Shown here piece after piece: positions 12,312-25,049 of a stretch of DNA of 64,000 nucleotides. Source of the DNA: Squalus acanthias (taxonomy: Eukaryota); contig CM059432.1 of assembly GCA_030390025.1 (NCBI GenBank), positions 63,242,001-63,306,000 on the forward strand, written 5' to 3'. Below the pieces are notes generated by a model. That model saw only the letters and a program-made list of their open reading frames with translations, ran no database searches and was not told the DNA's origin. Position 1 is the stretch's first letter, and the number at the start of each line of letters is the position of its first letter. Both the position numbers and the translations under genes were made by a program.

Positions 12312-14989
12312 TCACGTTCTATAGCGTGACATGAACCCGATATCCCGATTGAGGCCGTCCTCATGAGTGCGGAACTTGGCTATCAGTTTCTGCTCGATGA
12401 TTTTGCGTTGTCGTGTATCCCGAAGGCCGCCTTGGAGAACGCTAACCGGCTGATCCGAGGCTGAATGCCCTTGACTGCTGAAGTGTTCCCCGACTGGGAG
12501 GCAACCATCCTGCCTGGCGATTGTTGTGCAGTGTCCGTTCATACATTGTCTCAGTGTCTGCATGGTCTCGCCGATGTACCATGCTCTGGGGCATCCTTTA
12601 CTGCAATGTATCAGGTAGACAATGTTGGCCGAGTCACATGAGTATGTACCATGTACCTGGTGGGTAGTGTCCTCACGTGTGATGACGGTATCTGTGTTCA
12701 TGATCTGGCATGTCTTGCAGAGGTTGCCGTGGCAGGGTTGTGTGGTGTCGTGGTCGCTGTTCTCCTGAGAGCTGGGTAATTTGCTGCGAACGATGGTACT
12801 TTTGAGGTTAGGCGGCTGCTTGAAGGCGAGTAGTGGAGGCGTGGGGTTGGCCTTAGCAAGGTGTTCGTCGTCATCGATGACATGTTGAAGGCTGCGAAGA
12901 ACATGGCGTAGTTTCTCCGCTCCGGGGAAGTACTGGACGACGTAGGGTACTCTGTTGGTTGTGTCCCGTGTTCGTCTTCTGAGGAGGTCTGTGCGGTTTT
13001 TCGCTGTGGCCCGTCGGAACTGTCGATCGACGAGTCGAGCGTCATATCCCGTTCTTACGAGGGCGTCTTTCAGTGTCCGTAGGTGTCCATCACGTTCCTC
13101 CTCGTCTGAGCAGATCCTGTGTATTCGCAGGGCTTGTCCATAGGGGATGGCTTCTTTAACGTGGTTAGGGTGGAAGCTGGAGAAGTGGAGCATCGTGAGG
13201 TTGTCCGTGGGCTTGCGGTAGAGTGAAGTGCTGAGGCGTCCATCTTTGATGGAGATTCGTGTGTCCAAGAATGAAACCGATTCTGAGGAGTTGTCCATGG
13301 TGAGTTTGATGGTGGGATGGAACCTGTTGATGCTATCGTGTAGTCCTTTCAGTGATCCTTCGCCGTGGGTCCAAAGGATAAGATGTCGTCGATGTATCTG
13401 GTGTACAGCGTTGGTTGGAGGTCCTGTGCAGCGAAGAAGTCTTGCTCGAACTTGTGCATGAAGATGTTGGCGTATTGGGGTGCGAATTTGGTCCCCATGG
13501 CTGTTCCGTGTGTTTGGGTAAAAAACTGGTTGTCGAAGGTGAAGACATTGTGGTCAAGGATGAAGCGGATGAGTTGTAGGATGGCGTCTGGAGATTGGCT
13601 GTTGTTGGTGTTGAGTACTGAGGCTGTCGCAGCGATGCCGTCATCGTGGGGGATACTGGTGTAGAGTGCCAATACGTCCATCGTGGCGAGGAGTGTTCCT
13701 GGTTCAACTGGTCCATGGGTGCTGAGTTTCTGCAAGAAGTCTGTAGTGTCGCGACAGAAGCTGGGGGTTCCCTGTACGATGGGTTTCAGGATGCCCTCGA
13801 TGTACCCAGAGAGGTTCTCACATAGGGTTCCGTTGCCTGATACGATAGGACGTCCGGGTGTGTTGGCTTTGTGTATCTTTGGGAGGCAGTAAAAGTCTCC
13901 TACGCGGGGAGTACGTGGGATGAGAGCGCGTAGGATGTTTTGAAGGTCTGGATCGAAGGTCTTGATCAGTCTATTGAGTTGGCGGGTGTGCTCTTTGGTC
14001 GGATCTGCGGGTAGCTGTCTGTAGTGTTCCAGGTTGTCCAGTTGTCGGTATGCTTCTTTGCAATAGTCCATTCTGTTCTGTATGACGATGGCTCCTCCTT
14101 TGTCCGCTGGTTTGATGACGATGTTGCGGTTGGTCTTGAGAGCGTGGATGGCATTGCGTTGTGCTCGGGTGACATTCTGGACTGTCTTGTGAGTGCGGCT
14201 GATGAATCTGGCGTTGATGCATTTCCTGACAGCTTGAGCATACATGTCAAGCTTAGGGCAGCGACCCTCCGGAGGGGTCCAATTTGACTCTTTCTTCCTC
14301 GGTTGTAGCACTGCGGTTCCCTCTGTCTGCTGTTCCGGATCATTGATTGTCTCATTGGGTTTGTTGCTGACATCTTGGGATTTGTGGTAGTATTCCCGGA
14401 TCCTCATTCTCCTGATGAATTCCTCTGTGTCTGCCGCGAGACCGATGGGGTCCATTTTGGTGGTGGGGCAGAACTTGAGCCCCAGGGCAAGAACTTCGAT
14501 TTCGTCTGGTTGAAGGGTGTGGTCCGACAGGTTGACGATGGACTTCCCTGTGGTTGCAACCGTGGTACCGGGGGAGGCTTGGTTGCAGCTGGTGGTGATG
14601 CCGAGTTTCTCAAGCTTCCTGTTCTTGATGCGCATGTAGGAAGCATAGTTCCGTTGCCTCGTCTGTTTGGCGGTGTCTCGTAGCTGGTCTGCTGTGCCCT
14701 GAGCACAGGCTGAGAGCATGGACTCTATCTTGGTTTCGAGGTTGCGACGTCTGCTGTACAGCTGGTGTACGAGATGGTTGAGGAGTGTGCGAGAGGTACG
14801 ACGGCAGAGTCTCTCAGCGTAGTCTGTGTTGTATGTCGACTTGAGTGGGTTCGTGATCTGTAGTCCTTTCGGAATCTTGTCTGCTTTCTTGCATCTCTGC
14901 AGATACTTGATGTCTGTGTCAATATGCGCGATCTTCTTGGCGATTCTCTCCACTTTGAGCCGGCAGTTTGCGGTGTCAATAGTGGTCAT
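12312..14989 (-). pseudogene. PLE reverse transcriptase / GIY-YIG endonuclease polyprotein (~890 aa), one frameshift near 13380
   Basis: Motifs KPADKGG, LPKIHK..PGRPIVS, GTAMG and YTRYIDD; then PCHGNLCKTC and IVYLIHC..WYIGET. Comparison with the 17.6-kb copy shows a 1-bp deletion after YIDDI. Confidence 0.92.
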
Positions 14990-17459
14990 GATGCGGAGAT
15001 ATATTCAAGACAGAGATCGATAGATTTTTGAATATTAAGGGAATCAAGGCATATGGAGATAATGCAGGAAAGTGGAGATGAGGAAGAAGATCAGCCATGA
15101 TCTTATTGAATGGTGGAGCAGGCTCGAAGGGCCAAATGACCTACTCCTGCTCCTATTTCTTATGTTCTTATGTTCTTATGAGTAGCTTTAGAAACCTCTC
15201 GTAAACTGGGAGCAGACCCAATAAATTCAGCCTCTTGTGGGCAATTCAAATGTTGCAAATTGAATTGGACCAGTAGACAGAAACCCCACCTCTAGAGCAG
15301 ATTTCATTTTGGGACCAAGACAGAAGTTGTACTCTGTAAACTACCAGTTCCCTGACAAATCAACTGTTCCAGGAGTGTATATGCAATAGCTGGTTCCCAT
15401 TCACTGCTTCCCCCAGCAGCACATTGATCCTGCTGATTGGGCATCAAGGTTCCACCCTACCAGACTGTGACTCCATGATTGGTGTTCTAATTCACTGTCC
15501 CACCATACCAGCTCATGCATATGGTGATAAGTCTTGCAGCGCACCATATTTTACAGTAAAGAAAATGAACAGGCACATGGACACTGCATCGCTGGCCAGT
15601 GCAAGCCTCATTTGCACAGTACAATGATGCACTCATGTCCCATGCTGAATTTCATGTTCTTCTGGTGAGCTCTCCCTGCATTCACTTCGACCACACCTAT
15701 AACTTTTAGGAACATAGGAACAGGAATAGGCCATTGAGCCCCTTAAGCCTGTTCCGCCATTCAATGAGATAATGGGTGATCTGCGACCTAACTCCATATA
15801 TCGGCCTTTGGCGCATATTCCTTAATAATTTTAGTTAACAAAAAGCTATCAATCTCTGACTTAAAATTAACAATTGATCTAGCATCAATAGCCATTTGCG
15901 GAAGAGAGTTCCAAACTTCTACCACCTTTAGTGTGTAGAAGTGTTTCCTAATTTCACTCCTGAAGGGTCTGGCTCTAATTTTTAGAGTCTGCCCCCCAGT
16001 CCTAGAATCCGCAACCAGCGGAAATAGTTTCTGTCTGTCTATCCTATCTGATCCCCTTAATATCTTGAAAACTTCGATCAGATCACCCTTAACCTTCTAA
16101 ATTCTAGGGAATACAACCTTAATTTTTGTAATCTGTTCTGATAACTTAACCCTTCAAGTCCGGGTATCATTCTGGTAAAGCTACACTTTTTAAAATTTGT
16201 TTATGGGATGTGGGTGTCGCTGGCAAGGCCAGTATTTATTGCCCATCTCTAATTGCCCTTGAGAAGGTGGTGGTTAGCTGCCTTCTTGAACCGCTGCAGT
16301 CCGTGTGGTGAAGGTATTCCCACAGTGCTTTAAGGAAGGAAGTTCCAGGATTTTGACCCAGCGACGATGAAGGATCAGCGATATACTTCTAAGTCAGGAT
16401 GGTGTGTGACTTGGAGGGGAACTTGGAGGTGGTGGTGTTTTCATGCACCTGCTGCCCTTGTCCTTCTAGGTGGAAAAGGTCACTGGTTTGGGAGGTGCTG
16501 GCGAAGAAGCCTTGGCGAGTTGCTGCAGTGCATCTTGTAGATGGTACACTCTGCGGCCACGGTACACCGGTGGTGGAGGGAGTGAATGTCTAAGGTGGTG
16601 GATGGGGTGTCAATCAAGTGGGCTGCTTTGTCCTGGATGGTGTCGAGCTTCTTAGGTGTTGTTGGAGCTGCACTCATCCAGGCAAGTGGAGAGTATTCCA
16701 TCACACTCCTTACTTGTGCCTTGTAGATGGTGGAAAGGCTTTGGGGAGTCAGGAGGTGAGACACTCGCTGCAGAATACCTAGCCTCTGACCTGCTCTTGT
16801 TACCACAGTATTTATGTGGCTGGTACAGTTAAGTTTCTGGTCAATGGTGACCCCCAGGCTGTTGATAGTGGGGGATTTAGCGATGGTAATGCCGTTGAAT
16901 GTCAAGGGGCGGTGGTTAGACTCTCGCTTGTTGGAGATAGTCATTGCCTGGCACTTCTGCGGCGCGAATGTTACCTGTGAATGGTGCTGAACACTGTGCA
17001 GTCATCAGCGAACATCCCCATTTCTGACCTTATGTTGGAGGGAAGGTCATTGATGAAGCAGCTGAAGATGGTTGGGCCTAGGACACTACCCTGAGGAACT
17101 CCTGCAGTGATGTCCTGGGGCTTTGATGATTAACCTTCAACCATCACAACCATCTTCCTTTGTGCTAGGTATGACTCCAACCAGTGGAGAATTTCCCCCC
17201 TGATTCCCATTGACTTCAGTTTTACTAGGGCTCCTTGATGCCACACTCGGTCAAATGCTGCCTTGATGTCAAGGGCAGTCACTCTCACCTCACCTCTGGA
17301 ATTCAGCTCTTTTGTCGATGACACCTTCCATCCTTTGCTGATGATTGAGAGTAGACTGATCGGGCGGTAATTGGCCGGATTGGATTTGGCCTGCTTTTTG
17401 TGGACAGAACATACCTGGGCAGTTTTCCACATTGTCGGATAGATGCCACTGTTTTAGCT

Positions 17460-19601
17460 ATGATGTGGAGATGCCGGTGTTGGACTGGGGTGGACAAATG
17501 TGAGAAGTCGCACAACACCAGGTTATAGTCCAACAGCTTTATTTGAAATCACAAGCGTTCGGAGCGCTGCTCCTTCGTCAGGTGAAGTGAAGAGATGCAT
17601 ATAGGCACAGCAGAATGGACTATTGCAAAGAAGCATACCGACAACTGGACAACCAGGAACACTACAGACAGTTACCCGCAGATCCGACCAAAGAACACAC
17701 CCGCCAACTCAATAGACTGATCAAGACCTTCGATCCAGACCTTCAAAGCATCCTATGCGCTCTCATCCCACGTACTCCCCGCGTGGGAGACTTCTACTGC
17801 CTCCCAAAGATACACAAAGCCAACACACCCGGACGTCCTATCGTATCAGGCAACGGAACCCTGTGTGAGAACCTCTCTGGATACGTCGAGGGCATCCTGA
17901 AACCCATCGTACAAGGAACCCCCAGCTTCTGTCGTGACACCACAGACTTCTTACAGAAACTCAGCACCCACGGACCAGTTGAACCAGGAACACTCCTCGC
18001 CATGATGGACATCTCGGCACTCGACACCAGTATCCCCCATGATGACGGCATCGCTGCGACAGCCTCAGTACTCAACATCAACAACAGCCAATCTCCAGAC
18101 GCCATCCTACAACTCATCCGCTTCATCCTTGACCACAATGTCTTCACCTTCGACAACCAGTTTTTTACCCAAACACACGGAACAGCCATGGGGACCAAAT
18201 TCGCACCCCAATACGCCAACATCTTCATGCACAAGTTCGAGCAAGACTTCTTCGCTGCACAGGACCTCCAACCAACGCTATACACCAGATACATCGATGA
18301 CATTTTCTTCCTATTGACCCACGGCAAAGAATCACTGAAAAGACTACACGATAACATCAGCAAGTTACATCCCACCATCAAACTCACCATGGACTACTCC
18401 TCAGAATCGGTTTCATTCTTGGACACACGAATCTCCATCAAAGACGGACACCTCAGCACTTCACTCTACCGCAAGTCCACGGACAACCTCACGATGCTCC
18501 ACTTCTCCAGCTTCCACCCTAACCACGTTAAAGAAGCCATCCCCTATGGACACGGGACACAACCAACAGAGTACCCTACGTCGTCCAGTACTTCCCCGGA
18601 GCGGAGAAACTACGCCATGTTCTTCGCAGCCTTCAACATGTCATCGATGATGACGAACACCTCGCTAAGGCCATCCCCACGCCCCCACTACTCGCCTTCA
18701 AACAGCCGCCTAACCTCAAACAGACCATCGTTCGCAGCAAATTACCCAGCTTTCAGGAGAACAGCGACCACGACACCACACAACCCTGCCACGGCAACCT
18801 CTGTAAGACATGCCAGATCATCAACACAGACACCATCATCACATGTGAGGACACCACCCACCAGGTACATGGTACATACTCATGTGACTCGGCCAACGTT
18901 GTCTACCTCATACGTAGCAGGAAAGGATGCCCCGGAGCATGGTACATCGGCGAGACCATGCAGACACTGCGACAACGTATGAACGGACACCGCGCAACAA
19001 TCGCCAGGCAGGAGTGTTCCCTCCCAGTCGGGGAACACTTCAGCAGTCAAGGACATTCAGCCTCCGATCTTCGGGTAAGCGTTCTCCAAGGCGGCCTTCG
19101 AGACACACGACAATGCAAAATCGTCGAGCAGAAACTGATAGCCAAGTTCCGCACCCATGAGGACGGCCTCAACCGGGATCTTGGGTTCATGTCACGCTAC
19201 ATGTAACCCCACCTGACGTAGAGTCATCCAGACTCGAGTCGTCGTTGACTTGTTCTCTCTGCACAGATGCGGCCGGACCTGCTGTGATTTCCAGCAAAAA
19301 AAGTTTTTTTTTTCCATACAGACCCCAGCATCTGCCACATTGTCTTTGATGTAATGTTTTCCTGACTGACCTGTTTGGACACCATCCACACCTTTGATTG
19401 CCGTGATTATCTCTCTGCTGAGGTGTGATAAAAGGCAGTTAGAAAGATTAACTGTAATCATCTGGCAGTGTTCTCTGACTATATATGCTGTGCCTATATT
19501 CATCTCTTCACTTCACCTGACAAAGGAGCAGCGCTCCGAAAGCTTGTGATTTCAAATAAAGCTGTTGGACTATAACCTGGTGTTGTGCGACTTCTCACAA
19601 G
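17460..19601 (+). mobile_element. Penelope-like family 1 copy, 5'-truncated with an inverted 5' pLTR and an internal deletion
   Basis: ORF 17615-19206 closely matches the 12-15 kb copy. 17500-17612 is the reverse complement of 19488-19599. TSD TGTTTTAGCT at 17450-17459 and 19602-19611; deletion near 18551. Confidence 0.92.
19510..19552 (+). ncRNA. Hammerhead motif (one core mismatch) in PLE pLTR
   Basis: CTGACAA-AGGAGCAGCGCTCC-GAAA-GCTTGTG. The inverted copy at 17551-17585 has CTGACGA...GAAC, so the consensus of the two is an intact core. Confidence 0.65.
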
Positions 19602-22129
19602 TGTTTTAGCTGTTCTGGAACAGCTTGGCTAGAGGCGCGGCTAGTTCTGGAGCACAAGTCTTCAGCACGATAGCTGGGACGTTGTCGGGTCCATTAGCCT
19701 TTGCTTTATCCAGTGCGCTCAGCCATTTCTTGATATCATGTGGAGTCCCTCCAAGGCCAATACATACTTCCTACGGTGTGGTGCCCAGCACTGCTCACAG
19801 TACTCCAGGTGTGGTCTAACCAGGGCTTTGCATAGCTGCAGCATAACTTCTACCCCCTTGTATTCTAGTCCTCTAGATATAAAGGCCAGCATTCCATTAG
19901 CCTTTTTAATTATTTTCTGTATCTGTTCATGACATTTTAATGATCTATGTACCTGAATCCCCAAGTCTCTTTGGACCTCCACTGTTCTTAGCTTTTTACC
20001 ATTTAGAAAGTACCCTGTTCTATCCTTTTTAGGTCCAAAGTTGATGACCTCACATTTGCCTACATTGAAATCCATTTGCCACAGTTTTGCCCATTCACTT
20101 AATCTATCGATATCCCTTTGTAATTTTATGCTTTCACCTACACTGCCTACAATGCCGCCTATCTTTGTGTCATCGGCAAATCCAATATATGACTTTCTAT
20201 ACCATCATCTAAGTCGTTAATAAATATTGTGAATAGTTGAGGTCCCAACACAGATCCCTGCAGGACACCACTAGTCACATCCTGCCAATTTGAGTACCTA
20301 CCCATTATCCCTACTCTGTCTCCTGCCGCTCAGCCAATTTCCTAATCAGGTCAATAATTTGCTCTCAGTTCCATGGGCTTTTACCTTAGTTCACAGTCTC
20401 TTATGTGAGACTTTATCAAATGTCTTTTGGAAGTCCATATAAAAAAATCCATAGACATTCCCCTGTCCACTACTTTAGTCACCTCCTCAAAAAATTCAAT
20501 CAGGTTTGTCAGGCATGACCTACCTTTCACAAATCCATGCTGGCTCTCTCTGATCAACTGAAGATTTTCGAGGTGTTCAGTCATCTTATCCTTAATTATA
20601 GACTCTAGCAATTTCCCGACAACAGATGTTCGGCTAACTGGTCTATAATTCCCTGGTTTCCCTCTCTAGCCATTCTTAAATAGCAGAGTGACATGCGCAA
20701 CTTTCCAATCTAAAGGAACGGTTCCTGAATTGAGAGAACTTTGGAAGATTATAGTTAGGGCATCTGCAATGTGCTCACCTACTTCCTTTGAAACCCTGGG
20801 ATGGAAATCATTGGTCCTGGGGATTTGTCACTCTTTAGTGCCATTATTTTCTTCATTACTGTTATTTTACTTACGTTAATTTTATTGAGTCCCTGTCCCT
20901 GATTCAATATTAGTTTCCTTGGGATTTCTGGCCTGCTATCCTCTTCTTCTACTGTAAATACTGACGCAAAGTAATTATTCAACATGTCCGCCATTTCCTT
21001 ATTATCATTGATAATATCACCGCTTTCAGTTTTTAAGGGGCCAACATTGCACCTGACTACCCTCTTTTTACTAATATAATTGTAAAAATTATTTTTATTG
21101 ATTTTGATATCCCTTGCAAGTTTCTTTTCATACTCCCTTTTTGTAGCTCTTACTATCTGTTTTGTGACCCTTTGCTGTTCTTTGTATCTTTCCCATTCAC
21201 CATGATCTGTGCTATTTTTTGCATTTTTGTATGCCTTTTCTTTTAGTGTTGTCCCTTACCTATTTAGTCATCCATGGTTGTTTTTTTTGGCAAGTTGAGC
21301 TCTTGCCCCTCGGGTATAAACTGGTTCTGTATCACATTAAATTCTTTTTTGAACATCTCCCACTGATCTTCTGTCGTTTACCCATTAACAGATTTGCCCA
21401 GTTTACTGTGGACAGTCTCTGTCTCATCCCGTTGAAGTCGGCCTTACCCAAATCTAGAATCTTAGTAGTTGTTTCATGTTTCTCCCTTTCAAACGCTACG
21501 TTGAACTCAATCATGTTATGATCGTTGTTGGATAAATGTTCACGCACAGTTAGGCTGTTAACTAGATCTGGCTCATTACTCATTACTAAATCTAATATGG
21601 CATGCCCCCCCTTGTTGCCTCCAGGACATATTGTTGTAGAAAACTATCCCGGACACACTCAAGAAATTCACCACCTTTCTGACTAGTCTGCTTATCCCGA
21701 TCTATATGAAAGTTAAAATGCTATATGCTTGTCTAATCTCTGCATTTATACAATCTAGCACTTCAAAGTTGCTACCAGGGGGCCTATACACAACTCCCAC
21801 TACAGTCTTAAATCCTTTCCCATATCTAATCCTACCCATAAAACTCCACTGCCTGCTTACCTCTCGTTATATCCTCGCTTATCATTGAAGTGATTTCATC
21901 CTTAATCACTAAGGCTACTCCTCTCCCTCTGTCATTTTCCCTATCTTTCCTGTAGACCTTATAACCTGGTATATTTAGTTCCCAGTCCTGACTGTCTTGC
22001 AGCCATGTCTCTGTAACTTTTCTTTTTTATACTATTGTTTCTTCTTTCTACAAGTGACAAGGCACAAAAGTGCTGAGGATGTGAATCCTTTATACTTCAT
22101 ATAGCACTCCATGGTTTAGATGAGGTACA

Positions 22130-23350
22130 ATGACACTTGAGCTGTTACGTACATATCTATCTTTACCCCATGGCCCACATTTGCTGAAGTGGACAGTCCT
22201 TCCTAAACATTTCAGAGGAAACCTGCCTTTGGTGCCTCTGCTCACAGAGGAAGTTGTCACATGGCCATGTCCTGGAGGCTTATCTTCAGCAAACCATAGG
22301 AAAATCTGTCCTTTTGTTCCTTTCAAGCCACCGACAGTGGACACATGCCAAATCAGTCAGTCAGCTGACCACAGATGCATCAAGCAAGTGACAGAGACCT
22401 TGAGCTGGATTTTCTCAGCCCCAAGGAGGCGGGTATGGAGGCAGGACTGCCGGTAAAGTAGCAGAAAGTGGGGGCGGATGACAAACCCACCCCCATCCCG
22501 CCTCCGTGCCCTTTTGCCAGGAGGCGGGAAGATGTGCTGCTTCGGGTCCCGTCTCCTGGAGGCAGGAAAGGGATTAAATCCTTTTAACTGCCTGTTAACA
22601 GGTAGTTAACTGGCAGAAAAAAGGATTCGTGCCATTTTACCTTCTCAGGTGAAGGCTTCCTGACCTCGGAGAACTCTGCCGGGTTGGAGGAGTCTAGTAG
22701 GAGGTCTGTGGGGGTCGGAGGGACCTGAAAGTAAGATGTAGAGGTGAGCGATGGGTGCAAGTGTGGAGTGGTAAGTATGGAAGGGGAGTGTTAAGTGCTA
22801 AAAAATGTTCACTTAGCTTGTTTTCTGCCTACAGCCTTCATCCACCCTGGATCGGGAGACCCGACATCTTCCTTGTCGATTTCACAGACTGGCTGTTGGA
22901 TCCTCCGACCCAACAGCCATCTGAAATCTACAAAGTTGAAAGGTTTGATGAGTCCTGAACATAAGGTCTCATCAAACTACAGAGAATGTCAGTGTTTGAC
23001 AGCTTCACAAAGCTGTCAAACGCTGACATTTCTTCTTTCAAGAAGTCTTGACAGATAGCACGTCAGACGTTGACGTGCTCTGTCAGTGACTTCCCCCTAA
23101 TTGGCCTGCTGAGCCTGCAGGGCGGGCTTAACAAGGTCAATCAGGGGAAAATCACGCTGGTTGGCCAGAAGATGATGGAGGCGGGACATTGACCCGACAA
23201 GCAGCAGTCCCACCTCCAACTCGTCTCCATTGAGAAAATCCAGCCCCTTGTTTGCAATTGGCAACATGTTCATCACTTTCCCTGTGGAATGGAGGCATTC
23301 TTCCTGATGACTGGGTTTCCTAGAGTTCAGAGCAATGTAGATGTACGAAA
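22130..23350 (+). pseudogene. Highly decayed Harbinger transposase fragment split by a MITE
   Basis: DTCQISQSADHRCIKQVTETL matches DVVNISQFAVHCCIREVTESL of the 2.3-3.1 kb transposase. It continues after the MITE with a GFPRVQ-like motif. Confidence 0.6.
22402..23246 (-). mobile_element. Harbinger-type MITE, same family as 40501-41330 in opposite orientation
   Basis: TIR GAGCTGGATTTTCTCA / TGAGAAAATCCAGCCC with TSD CTT. Shares internal TTAACTGCCTGTTAAC and TTTGACAGCTT..AAGCTGTCAAA palindromes with 40501-41330. Confidence 0.85.
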
Positions 23351-25049
23351 AGACCAATGAGTCAGCCTGCAACCTCTTGATAAACAAGATGCACTGCTGT
23401 TTTCTAGGGAGGGTGTTTTGGAGTGCCAACCAGAGCATCTGTCCTCACACCCAACCTCACATGGCAGCAAGCCTGCTTTACCAAGCATAAAACTAAGGGT
23501 TGGGTGAAGTGTCACTTCATCAGTTGCCTCAGTCTCTATTTTGTGCTTCCATATTAGTTTTCCTTCCACACTATTTTTTTCTGGCACTTCTTTCCTCCCA
23601 AACCTCCTTCCCTAATGTTTTAGCAAAGGCTAACAAATAGTTAAAACCCACTTTGAACCTTTATGAAGGCTGACACAATATTTGTTCCCATATGCAACCA
23701 CTTACATTTATGTGGGAATACCCCCTTAAATCTGAGCTACAAGGCAGATTTTCTGCATGTCTCACTGTGCTGGAAGCTTATCCTAATTATTCAAATCACC
23801 CGCCCCACAGAATTGCGTGCAGTCAGCTCAATACGCTGTGGGCTAACATTGCCCTAGCAGCCAACTATTCCCAGCACAAATGTCATATCACCTATTATAG
23901 CCCAGCCAGTTTCATAGGTACTTTGATGATGTTATATTACAACTGTGTTTAACATTTGCAAATGAGCAAAAAAAGAGAGAGCCAGCAATGTAAATGGGAA
24001 ATCCCAATCAATTCAACTTTGCACTTTGGACTGTTGAGTCAAGATTAATTCATCAGAGCTCAACAATATTCGACAAAACAAAAGATTGAACAAAATGATT
24101 GTTGGTTAACCATGACTTTGGGCTTTTGGACACATGCAGCTCTCTTTTCAACTCCAAGCCTATCTTGTCTGTGTTTCCTTTTTAGTGATGTATTGCTTAT
24201 CACCCTTCAAATTGGATGTGAAAACTTGTTTCCTTCCAGCGGTTGCTGGTGATTCACTTCCTCCTCCCTTCCTTATAGTAAAAGGTTGTCATTGTTTTAC
24301 ATTAAGTTCCTGACATCCTTTTCTATTTCAAGTTCCTAGGGTAAGATTCTAAAAGGCAGCTGCAGTCACCATTTTGCTCTTAATTAATCCCAGTCATTAG
24401 CAATTGACATTTTACTCTGACCAGACTCTGTAAATTCTGAATAGTTCATTTCAATGTGTATCAGTCCCTTCTTGCACTTGTCTTTGAAAGAACTGAGAGC
24501 TATTTCTAACATCATTCGTTTTTGATCCCTGCGACACTGTGGGTGCAGGTAAACATGATGGATCAAGTCTATGATCATACAGGTTAAGCTGATGATATTA
24601 AGAATCTTAAATATGTTTTACTTAATCAATTTGTTTGTCGGATTTTTTTGCCTTATAATGAATATTCTATATAAATAGATTCATGCGCTCCTTTATTCAC
24701 AAGAGTTCTCAAATTATGTGATGATTGGTACTGGGAAAGTTAAACAACTTTTCTGTCATATTACGAGCATCTTCCTTTTCTATATTGCCAACTTCGGAAT
24801 TACACACGCACCAGACTGGCTCAGATTTCATATTCATAAAAACAGCAACAAGTCACAACTGAAGAGGCAAAGATGTATTAAGTAGCAAGCAGAAATGAAA
24901 ACCACCAATGATGAAGTTCAAAAAGCTACACAATAAAAATGGGCTGTCAGCAACAGCTACCAATAAAAAAGAAAAGGCGAATCAATCAAATTGATTGAAA
25001 CAATTTTTGAAAATTATTTTGGCCGCCATCTTGGACTCACATGCTACTG

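Larger units (their letters stand above)
11985..14999 (-). mobile_element. Penelope-like retroelement family 1, essentially full length
   Basis: RT + GIY-YIG ORF and a 3' pLTR with a hammerhead core. 9-bp TSD TATATTCAA at 11976-11984 and 15000-15008 inside the CR1. Confidence 0.93.
7935..15180 (+). mobile_element. CR1 LINE (5'-truncated ORF2 + 3' UTR), interrupted by a MITE, a SINE and a Penelope-like element
   Basis: ORF pieces 7936-8490, 10120-10590 and 11417-11671 contain [34 protein letters not shown] and FADD. The sequence is colinear across each insertion and ends in (TTCTTATG)n at ~15180. Confidence 0.93.
16187..19745 (-). mobile_element. Second CR1/L2-group LINE family, 5'-truncated, itself interrupted by a PLE
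   Basis: NYRPISLLSIISK, ALDIKAAFDRVWH, LGVTIDQKL and IYKAQVRSVMEYSPLAW; A-rich 3' end near 16187. Same family as 31190-33342. Confidence 0.85.
15708..22015 (-). mobile_element. CR1 LINE (APE-RT ORF2 remnant + 3' UTR), interrupted at 16187-19745
   Basis: CR1 tail at 15708. ORF pieces 19719-20075, 20381-20611, 20779-20994 and 21332-21583 match CR1 ORF2, and the sequence resumes colinearly after the nested LINE. Confidence 0.9.

Noticed and set aside
17615..18982. 455-aa ORF with a novel Ser/Thr-rich C-terminus
   Set aside because: After AIPYG an internal deletion shifts the PLE ORF into another frame, so the tail is out-of-frame sequence.
24384..24578. 64-aa minus-strand ORF in unique sequence
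   Set aside because: No recognisable motif, and the length is expected by chance.
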